In this document: piece after piece, positions 45,980-56,679 of the stretch
How positions within the stretch are numbered: the stretch's first letter is position 1
Layout of the letters: every line of letters begins with the position of its first letter
From: a virus
Virus record (IMG/VR): IMGVR_UViG_3300045988_098930
Length of the DNA stretch: 64,000 bases
Reading direction: 5' to 3' (one strand)
Made by a program: the position numbers and the translations under genes
The notes under the pieces: model-generated
What the model saw: only the letters and a program-made list of their open reading frames with translations
Databases searched by the model: none
What the model was told of the DNA's origin: nothing

Positions 45980-46136
45980 TGTTGGTGCGTTTGACCTCTC
46001 TTTCCAGCAATAGTTTGACCGCCTTACATATCCACCAAATTAGGTTGTTCTGCCACATATCGCGGGTGGTTTGGGTATGCATCATACCCTGCTCCATCGC
46101 TTCCGCGCACTCTATCATCTGTTCTCTTTTTGTCAT
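45969..46136 (-). CDS. Small hypothetical protein (55 aa)
   Basis: Translates to MTKREQMIECAEAMEQGMMHTQTTRDMWQNNLIWWICKAVKLLLEREVKRTNNEQ. ATGA overlap with the upstream stop. Confidence 0.35.
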   Translation of the reverse strand: MTKREQMIECAEAMEQGMMHTQTTRDMWQNNLIWWICKAVKLLLEREVKRTNNEQ

Positions 46137-46471
46137 ACTTCAATTACAAAATCGTCCTCGCTGAGTAACACTTTGCGCACTTCGTCCTCGGTGCAAATAT
46201 TTGTGTCTTTAATGATGTCCGCTAATGTGTCTTTTTCGTCTGCGTCAATCGCATTTACCTCTATCTCACCCGTAGTCCAAAAAGACACCACTGCGTATGC
46301 GTCAGCAATGAAATGCACACCAGCCGATGTGACCCAGCCGTAAGTGTTATGCCATAATGTGTTAAGTTGGTCTTTAGGGGCCGCTGAAAATCTAACCATT
46401 ACTTGTCCTCCTATCAGAAAAATTGTGTCTTTGCTTGCAGTTATATAGTGTGTTATAATGAGTGATAGCAC
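46133..46471 (-). CDS. Hypothetical protein
   Basis: 112-aa ORF behind TAGGAGGAC. Confidence 0.5.
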   Translation of the reverse strand: MLSLIITHYITASKDTIFLIGGQVMVRFSAAPKDQLNTLWHNTYGWVTSAGVHFIADAYAVVSFWTTGEIEVNAIDADEKDTLADIIKDTNICTEDEVRKVLLSEDDFVIEV

Positions 46472-46564
46472 TTTGCAGTATGTGCATGATGACTGCCGTA
46501 GTGCAACAAATATCGTTGTTAAGTTACATCGAAGTTGGAGGAAAACACATTGTATTGTGTTGGG

Positions 46565-47101
46565 TTACACCTCATTGCCCCAGCAGTCCCAGTCATCATG
46601 CGACTCACGAGCAAACAGCTCTATGCGCGGGGCGTAACTTACAATTTCTATCATTTCTCGCATTTGTATAGGTTTGCGACTGTGTATTGTTTTCGGCTCG
46701 TAGAATCCTGTCACACCTTGACAACGCTTATCGCCATCTATTTTGTACGGTAGACGCTTCTTTGTGGTAGCAAACAAACAATGCTCTGTTATTCCACGGT
46801 AATATTGACCAAGACCTACTTTGTCCTTCATCCATGTAATTGTGGTGATATATTCAAATCCCCACGCCTTGATACATTCAAACGCTGCCGGTAAATAGTT
46901 GTTGGTAGCCCATAGATACAAATGGCATCCTTCAGGGTCGGCCAGGTCGCCTACGGGCAATGCCATAATCTCCTTTACTGACATCAATGGGTAGTGACGG
47001 TCTGCACCGCGCTTGATTCTGCCACCCCCCTGTTCAGGCCAAGGAGGGTCGATATAAATAGTCCTATATTTGCCTTGCGGAAAATTAACTACTGCTATAA
47101 T
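46565..47101 (-). CDS. MT-A70-family DNA N6-adenine methyltransferase (no canonical start codon upstream of the catalytic motif)
   Basis: ORF track starts at TTG 46987, but the frame is open to 47101 and encodes GKYRTIYIDPPWPEQGGG (DPPW motif) upstream of that TTG. Confidence 0.65.
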   Translation of the reverse strand: MIAVVNFPQGKYRTIYIDPPWPEQGGGRIKRGADRHYPLMSVKEIMALPVGDLADPEGCHLYLWATNNYLPAAFECIKAWGFEYITTITWMKDKVGLGQYYRGITEHCLFATTKKRLPYKIDGDKRCQGVTGFYEPKTIHSRKPIQMREMIEIVSYAPRIELFARESHDDWDCWGNEV

Positions 47102-50100
47102 TCAACACCGCCTTTGATTTGATATGTTGTTATCCACGGTTCTTTTGTGTCCAACAATTTGCACCACTTGCCATCAATCATCTGCGATTTAGGCTGCCAA
47201 GCAAATTGGCCTGTTCGTATAATTGCACCTCGATTAAATGGGTTGGCTTGGTAGGTGTTGGTATATGTTTTGACTACTTGTATCTCGCCGGTATCCAAAC
47301 TGTATAATTTAATTTTCGGTGAATATTTCGTGCTTAAATCCAGCACTAAGTAATGACCTTTAAGCCGTGGATCTTGATAAGTGATATAACCCTGATATTT
47401 AAGCTGTGTGGTTAATATTTGAGAGACTGGCAACGGCGATGTGGCAAGTTGCTGACACACCAAAGAGAACAATTTGTCATGGTCAAGAATCTTATATTTT
47501 TTAGCGGTTTCCTTGCTACATTGTTTCAACAAATCTTCTGCGAAGGGCAGTTTGTCTTTCTTGACCTCTTTAACGCTATAAACATTTTGGTATGCTGTCC
47601 ATACATCCATCAAATATCCACTCTCACCGAACTCAGTAAAAAAGCCCAACGCTATCAATGTTTCAAATTGAGTTTTATTGATCGCTGTATGTTCTCGTTG
47701 TTTGATTACATCTATAAAAGTATCAGCACATATCGACTGCAACCCCGTGGCTACTATATCACCGAAGCCGCTAAGAGTAGTAATGCCCAAATACACGATG
47801 CCATCACGGCACGTTGTATCAGCCTGAATACGCCGCCAGTTGTCAAACGTCAAGGTCAATCCCATACGCTTGGCTTCCGTGATGGCTATGACAATATCTT
47901 TTAACGACCCCTTATAGGAATTGATATATGCCGTCATGCATTCAGCGGGATAATGTACCTTCAGATACATGGTAATATATGCCGTCAAAGCGTAAGCATA
48001 AGCATGGGCTTTATTGAAAGAGTATTTAGCGAAGTCCAGTATGTCAGTCCACAGTTGGTCTACTTGTTCTTGCGACCAGCCACGTTGCATTAAGCCGTTT
48101 TTCATCTCCGGCTCAATTTTAGCCATCAACTGAGGTTTCTTCTTTGCCGTAGCTTTACGCAATTCATCGGGGTTGTTCAACCCCGCCAAACGTCCTATAT
48201 CAATAAGCTGCTCTTGGAACACGATAATGCCGTAGGTGGGTTGAAGGATGGATTGTAAATCTGGATGAATGTATGTGACCTGTTCTTCGCCATGTTTGCG
48301 CCGCACGTAATTAGATATATACTGCATTGCACCGGGGCGATATAACGCATTAGCTACGCCCAAATCATCAATGTTGTCGCACTGCATATCGCGCAAGACG
48401 CCACGCATACCAGTAGACGAAAACTGAAATATCAATTCTGTGTGGCCCTGCTTGAACTCGTTCCACACCGCAGCATCATGGAGGTCAATATTACGAGGCG
48501 AAATATCCTCATACGACTTACCAATCATGTCCAGTACATCCCACATCACATCCACTGTGCGTAGTCCTAAGAAGTCAACCTTAACCAACCCCAAATCGTC
48601 AGCGGTGTGCATATCTCCTTGTAATACCCATGCGTCTGCATTTTCCGAATATTCCAAGGCATTGTAGTAATCGGCTGGTTGTGTACTGATCAAACGCCCA
48701 CAAGGGTGGATGCCGAACGACTTGGGCAAACCTGCAATGTGTTGTGCATAATCCAATAATTCGGGATACTGGTCTTTGTAACAGTCCAATAGCCCTAATT
48801 CAATGACCTCTTTGATGCTTTCGTCACCTATACGCGAGGTCATTTCATTAGTCACCTCAAAGGGGATGCCCAACACTCTGCCAATATCTTTAATTGCACC
48901 CTTAGCCCATAAATACCCAAACTGCCCCAGACAGGCTACATTGCTTTCACCGTACTTGCCGATGATATATTGCATGATATGTTCGCGTTCCAGTTTACCA
49001 AAATCGCTGTCCACATCAGGGATTTTGAGTTCAGCCTTAGTAATAGAACCATTAGCCAGCAAGTCTAATGCTCCTACATCAATAAAACGCTCAAAATATA
49101 AGCCATATTGGATAGGGTCGATGTCTACTATGTTCATTAAATAAGCCAGCAGGGAACCACCTGCGGACCCACGAGCAATACCACGTCGTTTGGCGTGGGA
49201 CAAGTAATCATCCACCAGCAGGTAGTAACCTTCAAACCCCATTTTTTCAACAGCGTTCATCTCATATAACGCACGCTGTTTGTACATTTGTTGCACATCG
49301 GCAGGCAGTTTGTCGAGACCCTTTGCTTTGTAACCATCATTGCATAGCTTTTTCATGTATGCGATTTCGGTTTTATAAGGAGCGGGCACTTTGTTGTGCG
49401 GGATAATAGGCGCAGACAACGGATATTCAGCCGTGCATTTGTCTGCAATTTCCTGTGTGGCAGCAATAGCTTGAGCGTTGTATGCCTGTGTGCTTTCGCA
49501 TATTCGTAATACATCAGCTTCGCTTTGTACGTAGCAGTCTTGATATGTTTCGCCTACATCTCGCTTTTGATTGATCTGGATAAAAATGGTGTGGTACTTT
49601 TGATCTGCCGGAGTCAAATAATGGCAATCGCAAGTGACCACATATTTTATGCCCAATTCATTGGCAATGTCCACCAGTTGAGCATTATAGCGTTGTTGCT
49701 CAGGATTACTATGAGACTGATACTCAATATAATAATCGTCGCCAAACAAGAATTTGTACTTATAGGCTATCTGTTTAGCCTGCAAAAGACTACCTGCTTG
49801 CAGAGCGCGTGTCAACTCCCCTGCCATGCAAGCGGACAGGCAAATTAAACCTTCGTGGTGTTGCGTGAGCAAATCAAAGTCGATACGTGGCTTGCCTTTA
49901 TATTTGTGGCGAGTAGAATCACTGACTATCTTTTGCAGATTCAGCCTGCCGGTTTCATTTTTAGCTAACAGGATAAGGTGATATGCCTGCCCTGTCTCAA
50001 ACCGATTCTCGCAAATATAACATTCACAACCAATAATTAACTTCTTGCCATGCTGCTTTAACATTTTGTACAGTTCACAACAACCATACATATTGCCATG

Positions 50101-50223
50101 ATCAGTGATGGCTACTGTATCCATACCCAATTCATCCAACTTGGTAATTAAATCGTCCAGTTGAATAGTGCTGTCTAATAGGCTGTACTTAGTGTGTAGA
50201 TGCAGATGAACCATATTATTCAC
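47095..50223 (-). CDS. dnaE: DNA polymerase III alpha subunit (DnaE-type)
   Basis: 1042 aa, N-terminal PHP domain (VHLHLHTKYSLLDS), polymerase core motifs, OB-fold-sized C-terminus. Confidence 0.9.
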   Translation of the reverse strand: MNNMVHLHLHTKYSLLDSTIQLDDLITKLDELGMDTVAITDHGNMYGCCELYKMLKQHGKKLIIGCECYICENRFETGQAYHLILLAKNETGRLNLQKIVSDSTRHKYKGKPRIDFDLLTQHHEGLICLSACMAGELTRALQAGSLLQAKQIAYKYKFLFGDDYYIEYQSHSNPEQQRYNAQLVDIANELGIKYVVTCDCHYLTPADQKYHTIFIQINQKRDVGETYQDCYVQSEADVLRICESTQAYNAQAIAATQEIADKCTAEYPLSAPIIPHNKVPAPYKTEIAYMKKLCNDGYKAKGLDKLPADVQQMYKQRALYEMNAVEKMGFEGYYLLVDDYLSHAKRRGIARGSAGGSLLAYLMNIVDIDPIQYGLYFERFIDVGALDLLANGSITKAELKIPDVDSDFGKLEREHIMQYIIGKYGESNVACLGQFGYLWAKGAIKDIGRVLGIPFEVTNEMTSRIGDESIKEVIELGLLDCYKDQYPELLDYAQHIAGLPKSFGIHPCGRLISTQPADYYNALEYSENADAWVLQGDMHTADDLGLVKVDFLGLRTVDVMWDVLDMIGKSYEDISPRNIDLHDAAVWNEFKQGHTELIFQFSSTGMRGVLRDMQCDNIDDLGVANALYRPGAMQYISNYVRRKHGEEQVTYIHPDLQSILQPTYGIIVFQEQLIDIGRLAGLNNPDELRKATAKKKPQLMAKIEPEMKNGLMQRGWSQEQVDQLWTDILDFAKYSFNKAHAYAYALTAYITMYLKVHYPAECMTAYINSYKGSLKDIVIAITEAKRMGLTLTFDNWRRIQADTTCRDGIVYLGITTLSGFGDIVATGLQSICADTFIDVIKQREHTAINKTQFETLIALGFFTEFGESGYLMDVWTAYQNVYSVKEVKKDKLPFAEDLLKQCSKETAKKYKILDHDKLFSLVCQQLATSPLPVSQILTTQLKYQGYITYQDPRLKGHYLVLDLSTKYSPKIKLYSLDTGEIQVVKTYTNTYQANPFNRGAIIRTGQFAWQPKSQMIDGKWCKLLDTKEPWITTYQIKGGVEL

Positions 50224-51013
50224 TCAAGCACTTGTTACAATGGCTACATAATTGCTTACAGAAGAAAGACTTCTGCGGATTTTCGCCCATCTCCCAAGTA
50301 TCAATGTCATCCGGGTCTCTGGCGTCTATCTCCGTAATGATATTGTTGACCCAATCATAAAGTTCCTGTCGGCACGTTGCGGTGTACTCCATCGGCACAA
50401 ACCCCTCGGTGTACTCGGTGTCTATTTTTAATTCATTGCGCGGTTTAAGAGTTTTACCCACTTTGGCGTATTTCATCATATCGTAGCGAATGATGATTTG
50501 ATCGTCTGGGTAATAACGAGATAGTGCTTCCGCATAAATGAACAACTGCATTTTTTTATGCTCAAGGTCAGCGGCAGAAAATTTACTGCTGGTCTTATAG
50601 TCGGTAATGGTGATCGCACCATCTTCCCTGCACCACTTATCAATAAAACCCCAAATCACAGCGCCGCCGATTTCCACTGCAAACACATCTTCAATATGCT
50701 GATTGGCGGCTTGCGATGCTTCGTGGAATTGCAGATAATGCAATACGCAGTTGATATAGGTTTCCTGTGATTTAGGTGTTATCCACGTCAGACCCAGCAT
50801 ATCAGCGTTTTCTACTTCTTCCTTAAATCGCTCAACCGCCTTTTCATTGGTTGTATGGCCTTGGTCTATCGCTTCCGCAAGATCGTGTGCTACGCTGCCA
50901 AGATAGGTGTATACGGATTCGCCACCACGTATACCTTTAATGTATGTCCAATAGTAATTGCGAGGGCAACTTGTAAAGGTGTCTAACTTAGAATATGAAA
51001 ACAACTGTGACAA
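50216..51013 (-). CDS. PD-(D/E)XK nuclease, Cas4/RecB-like with Cys cluster
   Basis: N-terminal Cys (TSCPRNYYW), DYKTS nuclease motif, C-terminal CKQLCSHCNKC. Confidence 0.7.
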   Translation of the reverse strand: MSQLFSYSKLDTFTSCPRNYYWTYIKGIRGGESVYTYLGSVAHDLAEAIDQGHTTNEKAVERFKEEVENADMLGLTWITPKSQETYINCVLHYLQFHEASQAANQHIEDVFAVEIGGAVIWGFIDKWCREDGAITITDYKTSSKFSAADLEHKKMQLFIYAEALSRYYPDDQIIIRYDMMKYAKVGKTLKPRNELKIDTEYTEGFVPMEYTATCRQELYDWVNNIITEIDARDPDDIDTWEMGENPQKSFFCKQLCSHCNKCLSE

Positions 51014-52000
51014 TCAATCACCCCATTCTATTTCAGTTTTGATAATTTGTTCTAAACGCTCTACACCTAAATCAGTAGGTGATGCTTTATCAAGGTCGTG
51101 ATATTTACGCCAATCCCACCAGCCAATCTGTATGTCTAACAGCCGCGTATAACTCATTAGTTTGCGTGCATTAAGCTCTGTGATGGTCCAATCCAGCCCC
51201 ACGTCCGGCAGTAGCACCATGCGCTTTGGCAATAACTCCACCATGAGTTTGCATTGTTTGTCGCTCACACGATTGCCGCCTAAACCAACAAAATTGTAAT
51301 ACCCATAACCCCACGCTTGCATCACCGCCTTTTCGCTCTCACAAATATAAATGGTGTCGTTTACCAGATGCCGATAGTTATGGGCAAAACCATACAAGGT
51401 TTCACTGCATCGACATGGCGTGAGATACAGATACTTCGGCTCGTCATCTGCTATGTCCCAATTAGCACGGCCCTTAACACCCATCAATTCGCCTGAGCTG
51501 CTGTATATTGGTATAATAATGCGTTGAGAGTCAGGGTCGTAGCGAATATCAAACTCGTTTTGGGCTGAAATGGAAATATTGTCATCAAGAAACCGTTTAG
51601 CGAATATTTGTGGATACGGATTCAAAATAGCAGCGTCATATATCTGCGGAGGCGCAGATGAACTGCGTTTACGAGTGAGCTTATCAAACGCCCCCGCAAA
51701 TATACTACTACGTTGGCTAATGCCATAATCATCAATATTCAGTTCTCGCTTGATAAAAGAGATTACAGAGCGGAAATTAGTGTCCTTGGCGCGGATTATA
51801 AAGGAGAATAACTCACCGGAATAAGCATCCGAAAAATCATTGACATATAAATATGGGTTGTTATCTAAGCGTATGCGAATAGATGTTTTGTTGCGATAGT
51901 CATCATGCCCGCATCGTATCTCATTTCCGCGATTCTCGATGTGAGAAAACCCGAAATGTGATAATGTGCGTTCAATAACCGTTGGATGCGTGAGAAGCAT
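51014..52000 (-). CDS. DNA primase (Toprim-type)
   Basis: 328 aa. Toprim-like ICESEKAVM...GLGGN...LLPDVG segments. Lies between the helicase and nuclease genes. Confidence 0.6.
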   Translation of the reverse strand: MLLTHPTVIERTLSHFGFSHIENRGNEIRCGHDDYRNKTSIRIRLDNNPYLYVNDFSDAYSGELFSFIIRAKDTNFRSVISFIKRELNIDDYGISQRSSIFAGAFDKLTRKRSSSAPPQIYDAAILNPYPQIFAKRFLDDNISISAQNEFDIRYDPDSQRIIIPIYSSSGELMGVKGRANWDIADDEPKYLYLTPCRCSETLYGFAHNYRHLVNDTIYICESEKAVMQAWGYGYYNFVGLGGNRVSDKQCKLMVELLPKRMVLLPDVGLDWTITELNARKLMSYTRLLDIQIGWWDWRKYHDLDKASPTDLGVERLEQIIKTEIEWGD

Positions 52001-52039
52001 CTCTCTAACTTCTTGGAGAATGTCACATCACCATCCCCC

Positions 52040-53587
52040 TTATATCGTTCCATGCTTGGGACGGCAGAGACAAGATTCCGAGAAACAACAATACTGGCCT
52101 CGGAATTTGAGCATATACGCAACTCCATCACCAGCAGAATCCTGACCGTTGCGGTTTTTATCCACAAAGAGTACACGCCACACTGCCGTAGGGTCACACT
52201 CAAATTCTTCTTCTACCCACTTACCGTTCTTCTGCACACGACGAAATGGGCGAATATAAACCTTCTTATTATCGGGATCAAGTTCCTCTTGGTACACAGA
52301 ACGCATGAGCATCAAAGTTTCACAAGTTTCTTTGACCTGCTTGCTCATGGACAATGTAGAAGCATCTAACCACAATCGACCCTGCATAGCGATACTAAGC
52401 TGCATAGATGCCAGCATGATAATATTAAACCGTTTTGCCAGTTTATCAAATTCTCGACTATCCTTAATCAGCCGCACCCACTCTTTGTCATCTTTGGTGT
52501 CAGAGAAATCGCACTTCATTGTGTCATATAGTACAGTATCGAACCCGAAACGCAGCACATATTCGCGGATTTTCTTCTTTACAAAAGTCATATCCGCATC
52601 AGGAATGGCGATAAATTTGAGTTTTCCTTTATAGGTTTTATCCCAATAATCCTGCACAACCTTAATCATGCGCTTATCTTCCTCGGAAATGTTGCCGTTC
52701 AACATATCTTTACGAGTAATCTTCATGTAGTGGAACCGCTTGTACAGCAACCACACAATAACTGCCACCTTAAACACTTTGCATTTTTGCTCATTGCTGA
52801 TAATCAAGACTTTGCGGCCCCGATACAGTAAACCCATGATAATTGTAATCCAAATGGAACTCTTGCCGACAGAGCTAAAGCCACCAAGAATGTTGAATGT
52901 GCCGTCCATAAAACCGTTTAGCTGGTTGGAGAGGAACGGCAAGCATCGCACTTCCTCTCCGTTAATGTCGTCATCAAACCTGTCAAATGGCACGCCCGTT
53001 TCTAATCCGGCACAACAGTCTTCAATGAACTGATCGTCAAACTCTATATCTTCCTCCTCAAGAGCCTTAGACGAATAGCCAGTTCCAAATGTACTGAGGC
53101 GAGATTCGTACCACTCCAACACGCCTTCGCTATCCAGTTTTTTAAACAACTCATACGGCACAATCGTTTTGCCGCTGTCAGTAATTGGCGAAATAACATT
53201 GAACCCGTTGTCATAAAGTTTGAGAACGATGTTGGCCTTATATAACGAATCCAATAGTGCATCCCAATTCTTGGCGTTGACCACTTCGACCAGATTGTGC
53301 AGAGTCTCGTAGCCGCCTCGCTCGTTGAATCCGGTTTCCATAGTATCGGTAATGTTGGATAAGACCGATAATTCATCTAAGACTGCAATGCCCTGCGCTC
53401 GTATATGTTTGAGCAATGCAAAATAATATGTGCCATCCTGTGTAATGAAATCATTCACCGTCAAGCCACACTCGTCTAATAAGAGCAAATCTTTGGCAAT
53501 GCAGGCAATTACAGAACCCTCAATGGTCTGTCTGCCTTCCAGCAGTTCTTTAGGGTATTTTTCACATCCGCTGATAAACTTGCCCAT
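52040..53587 (-). CDS. dnaB: Replicative DNA helicase (DnaB-like)
   Basis: 515 aa, Walker A GGFSSVGKSS, DnaB-type C-terminal RecA-fold motifs. Confidence 0.8.
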   Translation of the reverse strand: MGKFISGCEKYPKELLEGRQTIEGSVIACIAKDLLLLDECGLTVNDFITQDGTYYFALLKHIRAQGIAVLDELSVLSNITDTMETGFNERGGYETLHNLVEVVNAKNWDALLDSLYKANIVLKLYDNGFNVISPITDSGKTIVPYELFKKLDSEGVLEWYESRLSTFGTGYSSKALEEEDIEFDDQFIEDCCAGLETGVPFDRFDDDINGEEVRCLPFLSNQLNGFMDGTFNILGGFSSVGKSSIWITIIMGLLYRGRKVLIISNEQKCKVFKVAVIVWLLYKRFHYMKITRKDMLNGNISEEDKRMIKVVQDYWDKTYKGKLKFIAIPDADMTFVKKKIREYVLRFGFDTVLYDTMKCDFSDTKDDKEWVRLIKDSREFDKLAKRFNIIMLASMQLSIAMQGRLWLDASTLSMSKQVKETCETLMLMRSVYQEELDPDNKKVYIRPFRRVQKNGKWVEEEFECDPTAVWRVLFVDKNRNGQDSAGDGVAYMLKFRGQYCCFSESCLCRPKHGTI

Positions 53588-53596
53588 AATGCACTC

Positions 53597-54076
53597 CTAT
53601 TCTATTGTTGCAAAACCTTGACGTTGTTTGGACGCTTGGTAGTGATGGCTGGAAAACTCAAATTCTGTGGCTTTATCAGGTATTACCTTTTGTTTAAGTA
53701 TAAAGCTGGCCATATTGTTCCGTATGATTGCCATAAAGTATCTAATCTGCGCATATTCGGACACAAAATCCTTGGCCATGGATTTGCTCAAGTATGCTTT
53801 ATTTTCTGTAATGTACTGAGACAACAGAGGGTAGTCATATTTAATGGCTACCTCCTGCATTTCTTTGTACAAAATTGAATTAGTAACATTGTATCCAAAG
53901 ACCTCATTAACAAGCTGGTATAATCTATCCTTGTTGTCTGAAACCTTCTTTTTTGCTTGTTGCCAATCAGTAAATTCGGCTAAATTACAGTAATATTGAT
54001 TGACTTTACCAGTAACCACCTTGTAGGCGGTGGCTCGGTCTATTTTAGCTCCGCAGGCTCGGCACTTGACTAACAT
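53597..54076 (-). CDS. Hypothetical protein with N-terminal zinc ribbon
   Basis: 159 aa, CRACGAKI...YYCN motif. Position suggests a replication accessory role. Confidence 0.4.
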   Translation of the reverse strand: MLVKCRACGAKIDRATAYKVVTGKVNQYYCNLAEFTDWQQAKKKVSDNKDRLYQLVNEVFGYNVTNSILYKEMQEVAIKYDYPLLSQYITENKAYLSKSMAKDFVSEYAQIRYFMAIIRNNMASFILKQKVIPDKATEFEFSSHHYQASKQRQGFATIE

Positions 54077-55158
54077 CAGTCAAGCATCCCGTTGATTTCC
54101 TGAAGCACCTCAACTGCTATGTCTTCGCCCAGAGACTCGTGACCATGCTCCTGCAAGGTGTGCTTAATCGCCAGCTTCGTGTCACGAGAAGCCGCCTTAA
54201 AGCGATTGAGTATGTTCTTTTTCAGGACCTCCACATCTATTTCATCGGTCTCCACAGGTTCAGGCGCACCCGACACTTCAATGGGCGTGGGAGCGACTAC
54301 GTGCTCCGACTTAGACTGCTCCATGCCGCGCTCGATAGTGGCGATAAACTTTTTAGCCATATTGGGTTCATCAAACACCAAATACTCTGGCACAGCGCCA
54401 GCGGCAAAACGCCCTCCGGCATCTATCAGATTAGTGCCACGGAAGTACAGCTTGCGGATTGCATCAGTAGCGTGCCGTCTGGTCTTCTTCTGACCGCCGA
54501 TGTCTATTTCTTCTTCTTCCAGTTCGCGGTCAATGATGCCAGTCAGCGTCATGTCAAAAATGTCGCCAAGTATGGCCTCATAGTTTGCCACCAGATTAGA
54601 AGTGAGCTGCATATAACCATCAGTCATATCGCCCTTCTGCTTAATGTTCTTATACTTAGTGTGCGCAATGGCCCACAGCGTAAAACCAGCCTTATCAAGA
54701 TCGCTCATATAATTCTTAACCATGCTGGCAGTTTCTTCAACACCACGATTATAGCCACCGTATGCTGCCTTAATGGAAGTACAGAGCTTGGCGGGTTTTT
54801 CCTCAACATTGTACTTGCGAATAACTTCTGCCTCAAAAATGGGGAACAGTTCATCGCAGGTATCAAAGCCTATAATCTCAATATGATGTTCACTGCCCTT
54901 GGTAGTGATTAGCCACTGCTTGAGTTCCATAAATTCTTTATAGGTATCAACGTGAACACGATTCAAATTGTCCAGCAGTTTATCGCCACGTTCTTTGCCA
55001 ATGGAGATCAGCAGACCATACGAAGGGTCGTTGTATTTTTCCATGATAACGTCGCGGAACAGAGTGGATTTACCAAACTTTTTGATTGTGCGTATATATA
55101 TTGACAGGTCTCTAATATCAGTAGAAATGCTATTGATGTTGGGCTTACAAAACGCCAT
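54076..55158 (-). CDS. AAA/RecA-like ATPase (phage AAA_24 / Sak4-like)
   Basis: Walker A-like KKFGKST near the N-terminus, Walker B-like IIGFDTCDE, 360 aa. Confidence 0.55.
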   Translation of the reverse strand: MAFCKPNINSISTDIRDLSIYIRTIKKFGKSTLFRDVIMEKYNDPSYGLLISIGKERGDKLLDNLNRVHVDTYKEFMELKQWLITTKGSEHHIEIIGFDTCDELFPIFEAEVIRKYNVEEKPAKLCTSIKAAYGGYNRGVEETASMVKNYMSDLDKAGFTLWAIAHTKYKNIKQKGDMTDGYMQLTSNLVANYEAILGDIFDMTLTGIIDRELEEEEIDIGGQKKTRRHATDAIRKLYFRGTNLIDAGGRFAAGAVPEYLVFDEPNMAKKFIATIERGMEQSKSEHVVAPTPIEVSGAPEPVETDEIDVEVLKKNILNRFKAASRDTKLAIKHTLQEHGHESLGEDIAVEVLQEINGMLD

Positions 55159-55169
55159 TTAAATCCTCC

Positions 55170-56375
55170 TTAAATTATAATATCGTCCTCATCGTCGGTA
55201 AACAGTTCATTCGCCAGTGCTTCAGTGTCTACCTTATTCAGAGGAGGCAGTACAAAATCTTCTTCGTGATAGGCAGTCAACCTTGCGCCACTCAGCCAGC
55301 CACGAGCAAAGCCGGTGATAACAAATTCACGTATGCGGTCTCCGTAGACCTGCTTGCCGCGATCACGCACCAGCTCATCCATCGTCACAGCGCCAATCAT
55401 CAGCAGTTCCTTTTCATTGTCACTGAGCATATCTTCCGTTAGTTCCAGTCGCTCGGCCCCGTCTACGCACTCCACCTTAACCGCTAATTCCTTGCAAATG
55501 TTGCCATCGACAGGATTGATGGTGAAATTCTTTTTAAGCAGTTCCGCATAAGCCTTGCTCTTAGCGTCTGTGCCAACCGGCAGAGTCAGCATAATGGGGC
55601 AAGGAATCTTTTGCTTGCGCTGAGAGTCGTAATCAAAAGTATATCCGTTGATGTAATACTTACCCTTTTCCTCCACACTGCCGTCATCAACTGCATTTTG
55701 ACCAAAGTTTAGGGTGATGACCGCCTCGGTGTCGTACTCGGCATCTGCCGCCGCACGCATAATGCGCGTAACTTCATAATGCTGATAGAACTTACCCTCA
55801 TACTCAGTCATCACCAGATTGCCAGACACCCTGCACTTCAGATTTTTTACCGCCTCATTATTCAGCAGTTTATATACAAAAGCGGCAAAGTCCCATTCGG
55901 ATAAGAACTCATGCCGCTTGGCCTTACTCTTTTCCAGTGCCGCTTGAGCAGCTTCCAGACTGTCCACTTTGGCTTCAGCTAAGGTCTCATCGGTTACTTC
56001 GCCGTCCTCTACAATACGCTGAAGCAGTTTACGTTTGCCCATTTCTTCAAGGTCAACAATGAATTTGCGGAAAGGTGCTACTTGGTCGATGTTGCTCTGC
56101 AAAGTGCGGTCTTTCCACGGTATTTCAATCGGTTCACCCTTAACGCGCTTACCTGCGTCATCAACTGTGCCAGGGGCGCATGTTTTAATTGTGCCATGGC
56201 CATCTTCCCAACTACCACCTTTGATTTCACACATGATGCGGTTTGTACCGGCAACGGCGTTGAACTTGAGAGTGCGGTTAATCCAACCGCTATTAAACTT
56301 CTTTTCCTCGTAGGGTTTAAACTTATCGGTCTCTTTACCAAGTGCAATGTTGGCAATAAAGCTAAAAGTGTTCAA
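55170..56375 (-). CDS. Hypothetical protein, possible ssDNA-binding/recombination protein
   Basis: 401 aa with an acidic C-terminal tail (FTDDEDDIII), as seen in SSB-type proteins. In the replication module. Confidence 0.3.
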   Translation of the reverse strand: MNTFSFIANIALGKETDKFKPYEEKKFNSGWINRTLKFNAVAGTNRIMCEIKGGSWEDGHGTIKTCAPGTVDDAGKRVKGEPIEIPWKDRTLQSNIDQVAPFRKFIVDLEEMGKRKLLQRIVEDGEVTDETLAEAKVDSLEAAQAALEKSKAKRHEFLSEWDFAAFVYKLLNNEAVKNLKCRVSGNLVMTEYEGKFYQHYEVTRIMRAAADAEYDTEAVITLNFGQNAVDDGSVEEKGKYYINGYTFDYDSQRKQKIPCPIMLTLPVGTDAKSKAYAELLKKNFTINPVDGNICKELAVKVECVDGAERLELTEDMLSDNEKELLMIGAVTMDELVRDRGKQVYGDRIREFVITGFARGWLSGARLTAYHEEDFVLPPLNKVDTEALANELFTDDEDDIII

Positions 56376-56389
56376 TCAAATACCTCCTG

Positions 56390-56647
56390 TTAAAAAATGA
56401 AAGGGTTTCCGAAAAAGGATATGAGGTCCAACAGACCATCGTTATCATGGTAGTCTTTATTGTATTGGCGACGTAGTTCATACGCCTTCTTATCAGCCTC
56501 CTCTACTTCTGCCCAGCGTTTTGCCCGCTCATCACCCAGCCGTTTACGTTCAGCTTTCTCATTCTTGTCCTTTTCTTCTGCTTTCAGACATTCTTCTTCA
56601 CTGTCAAACATCTGATGCAGGGCCTCCGAGTAGTAATAGTGCTTCAT
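56390..56647 (-). CDS. Hypothetical charged protein
   Basis: ORF track 56390..56704. ATG 56647 behind AAAGGA avoids overlap with the upstream gene. Confidence 0.4.
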   Translation of the reverse strand: MKHYYYSEALHQMFDSEEECLKAEEKDKNEKAERKRLGDERAKRWAEVEEADKKAYELRRQYNKDYHDNDGLLDLISFFGNPFIF

Positions 56648-56679
56648 TTTCCAATCCTTTCTGTATTTATTTGGAATTT

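Noticed and set aside
47095-47104. A DnaE-methyltransferase fusion by -1 frameshifting at the end of dnaE.
   Set aside because: The methyltransferase frame has a TGA at 47104-47102 immediately upstream, and there is no slippery heptamer.
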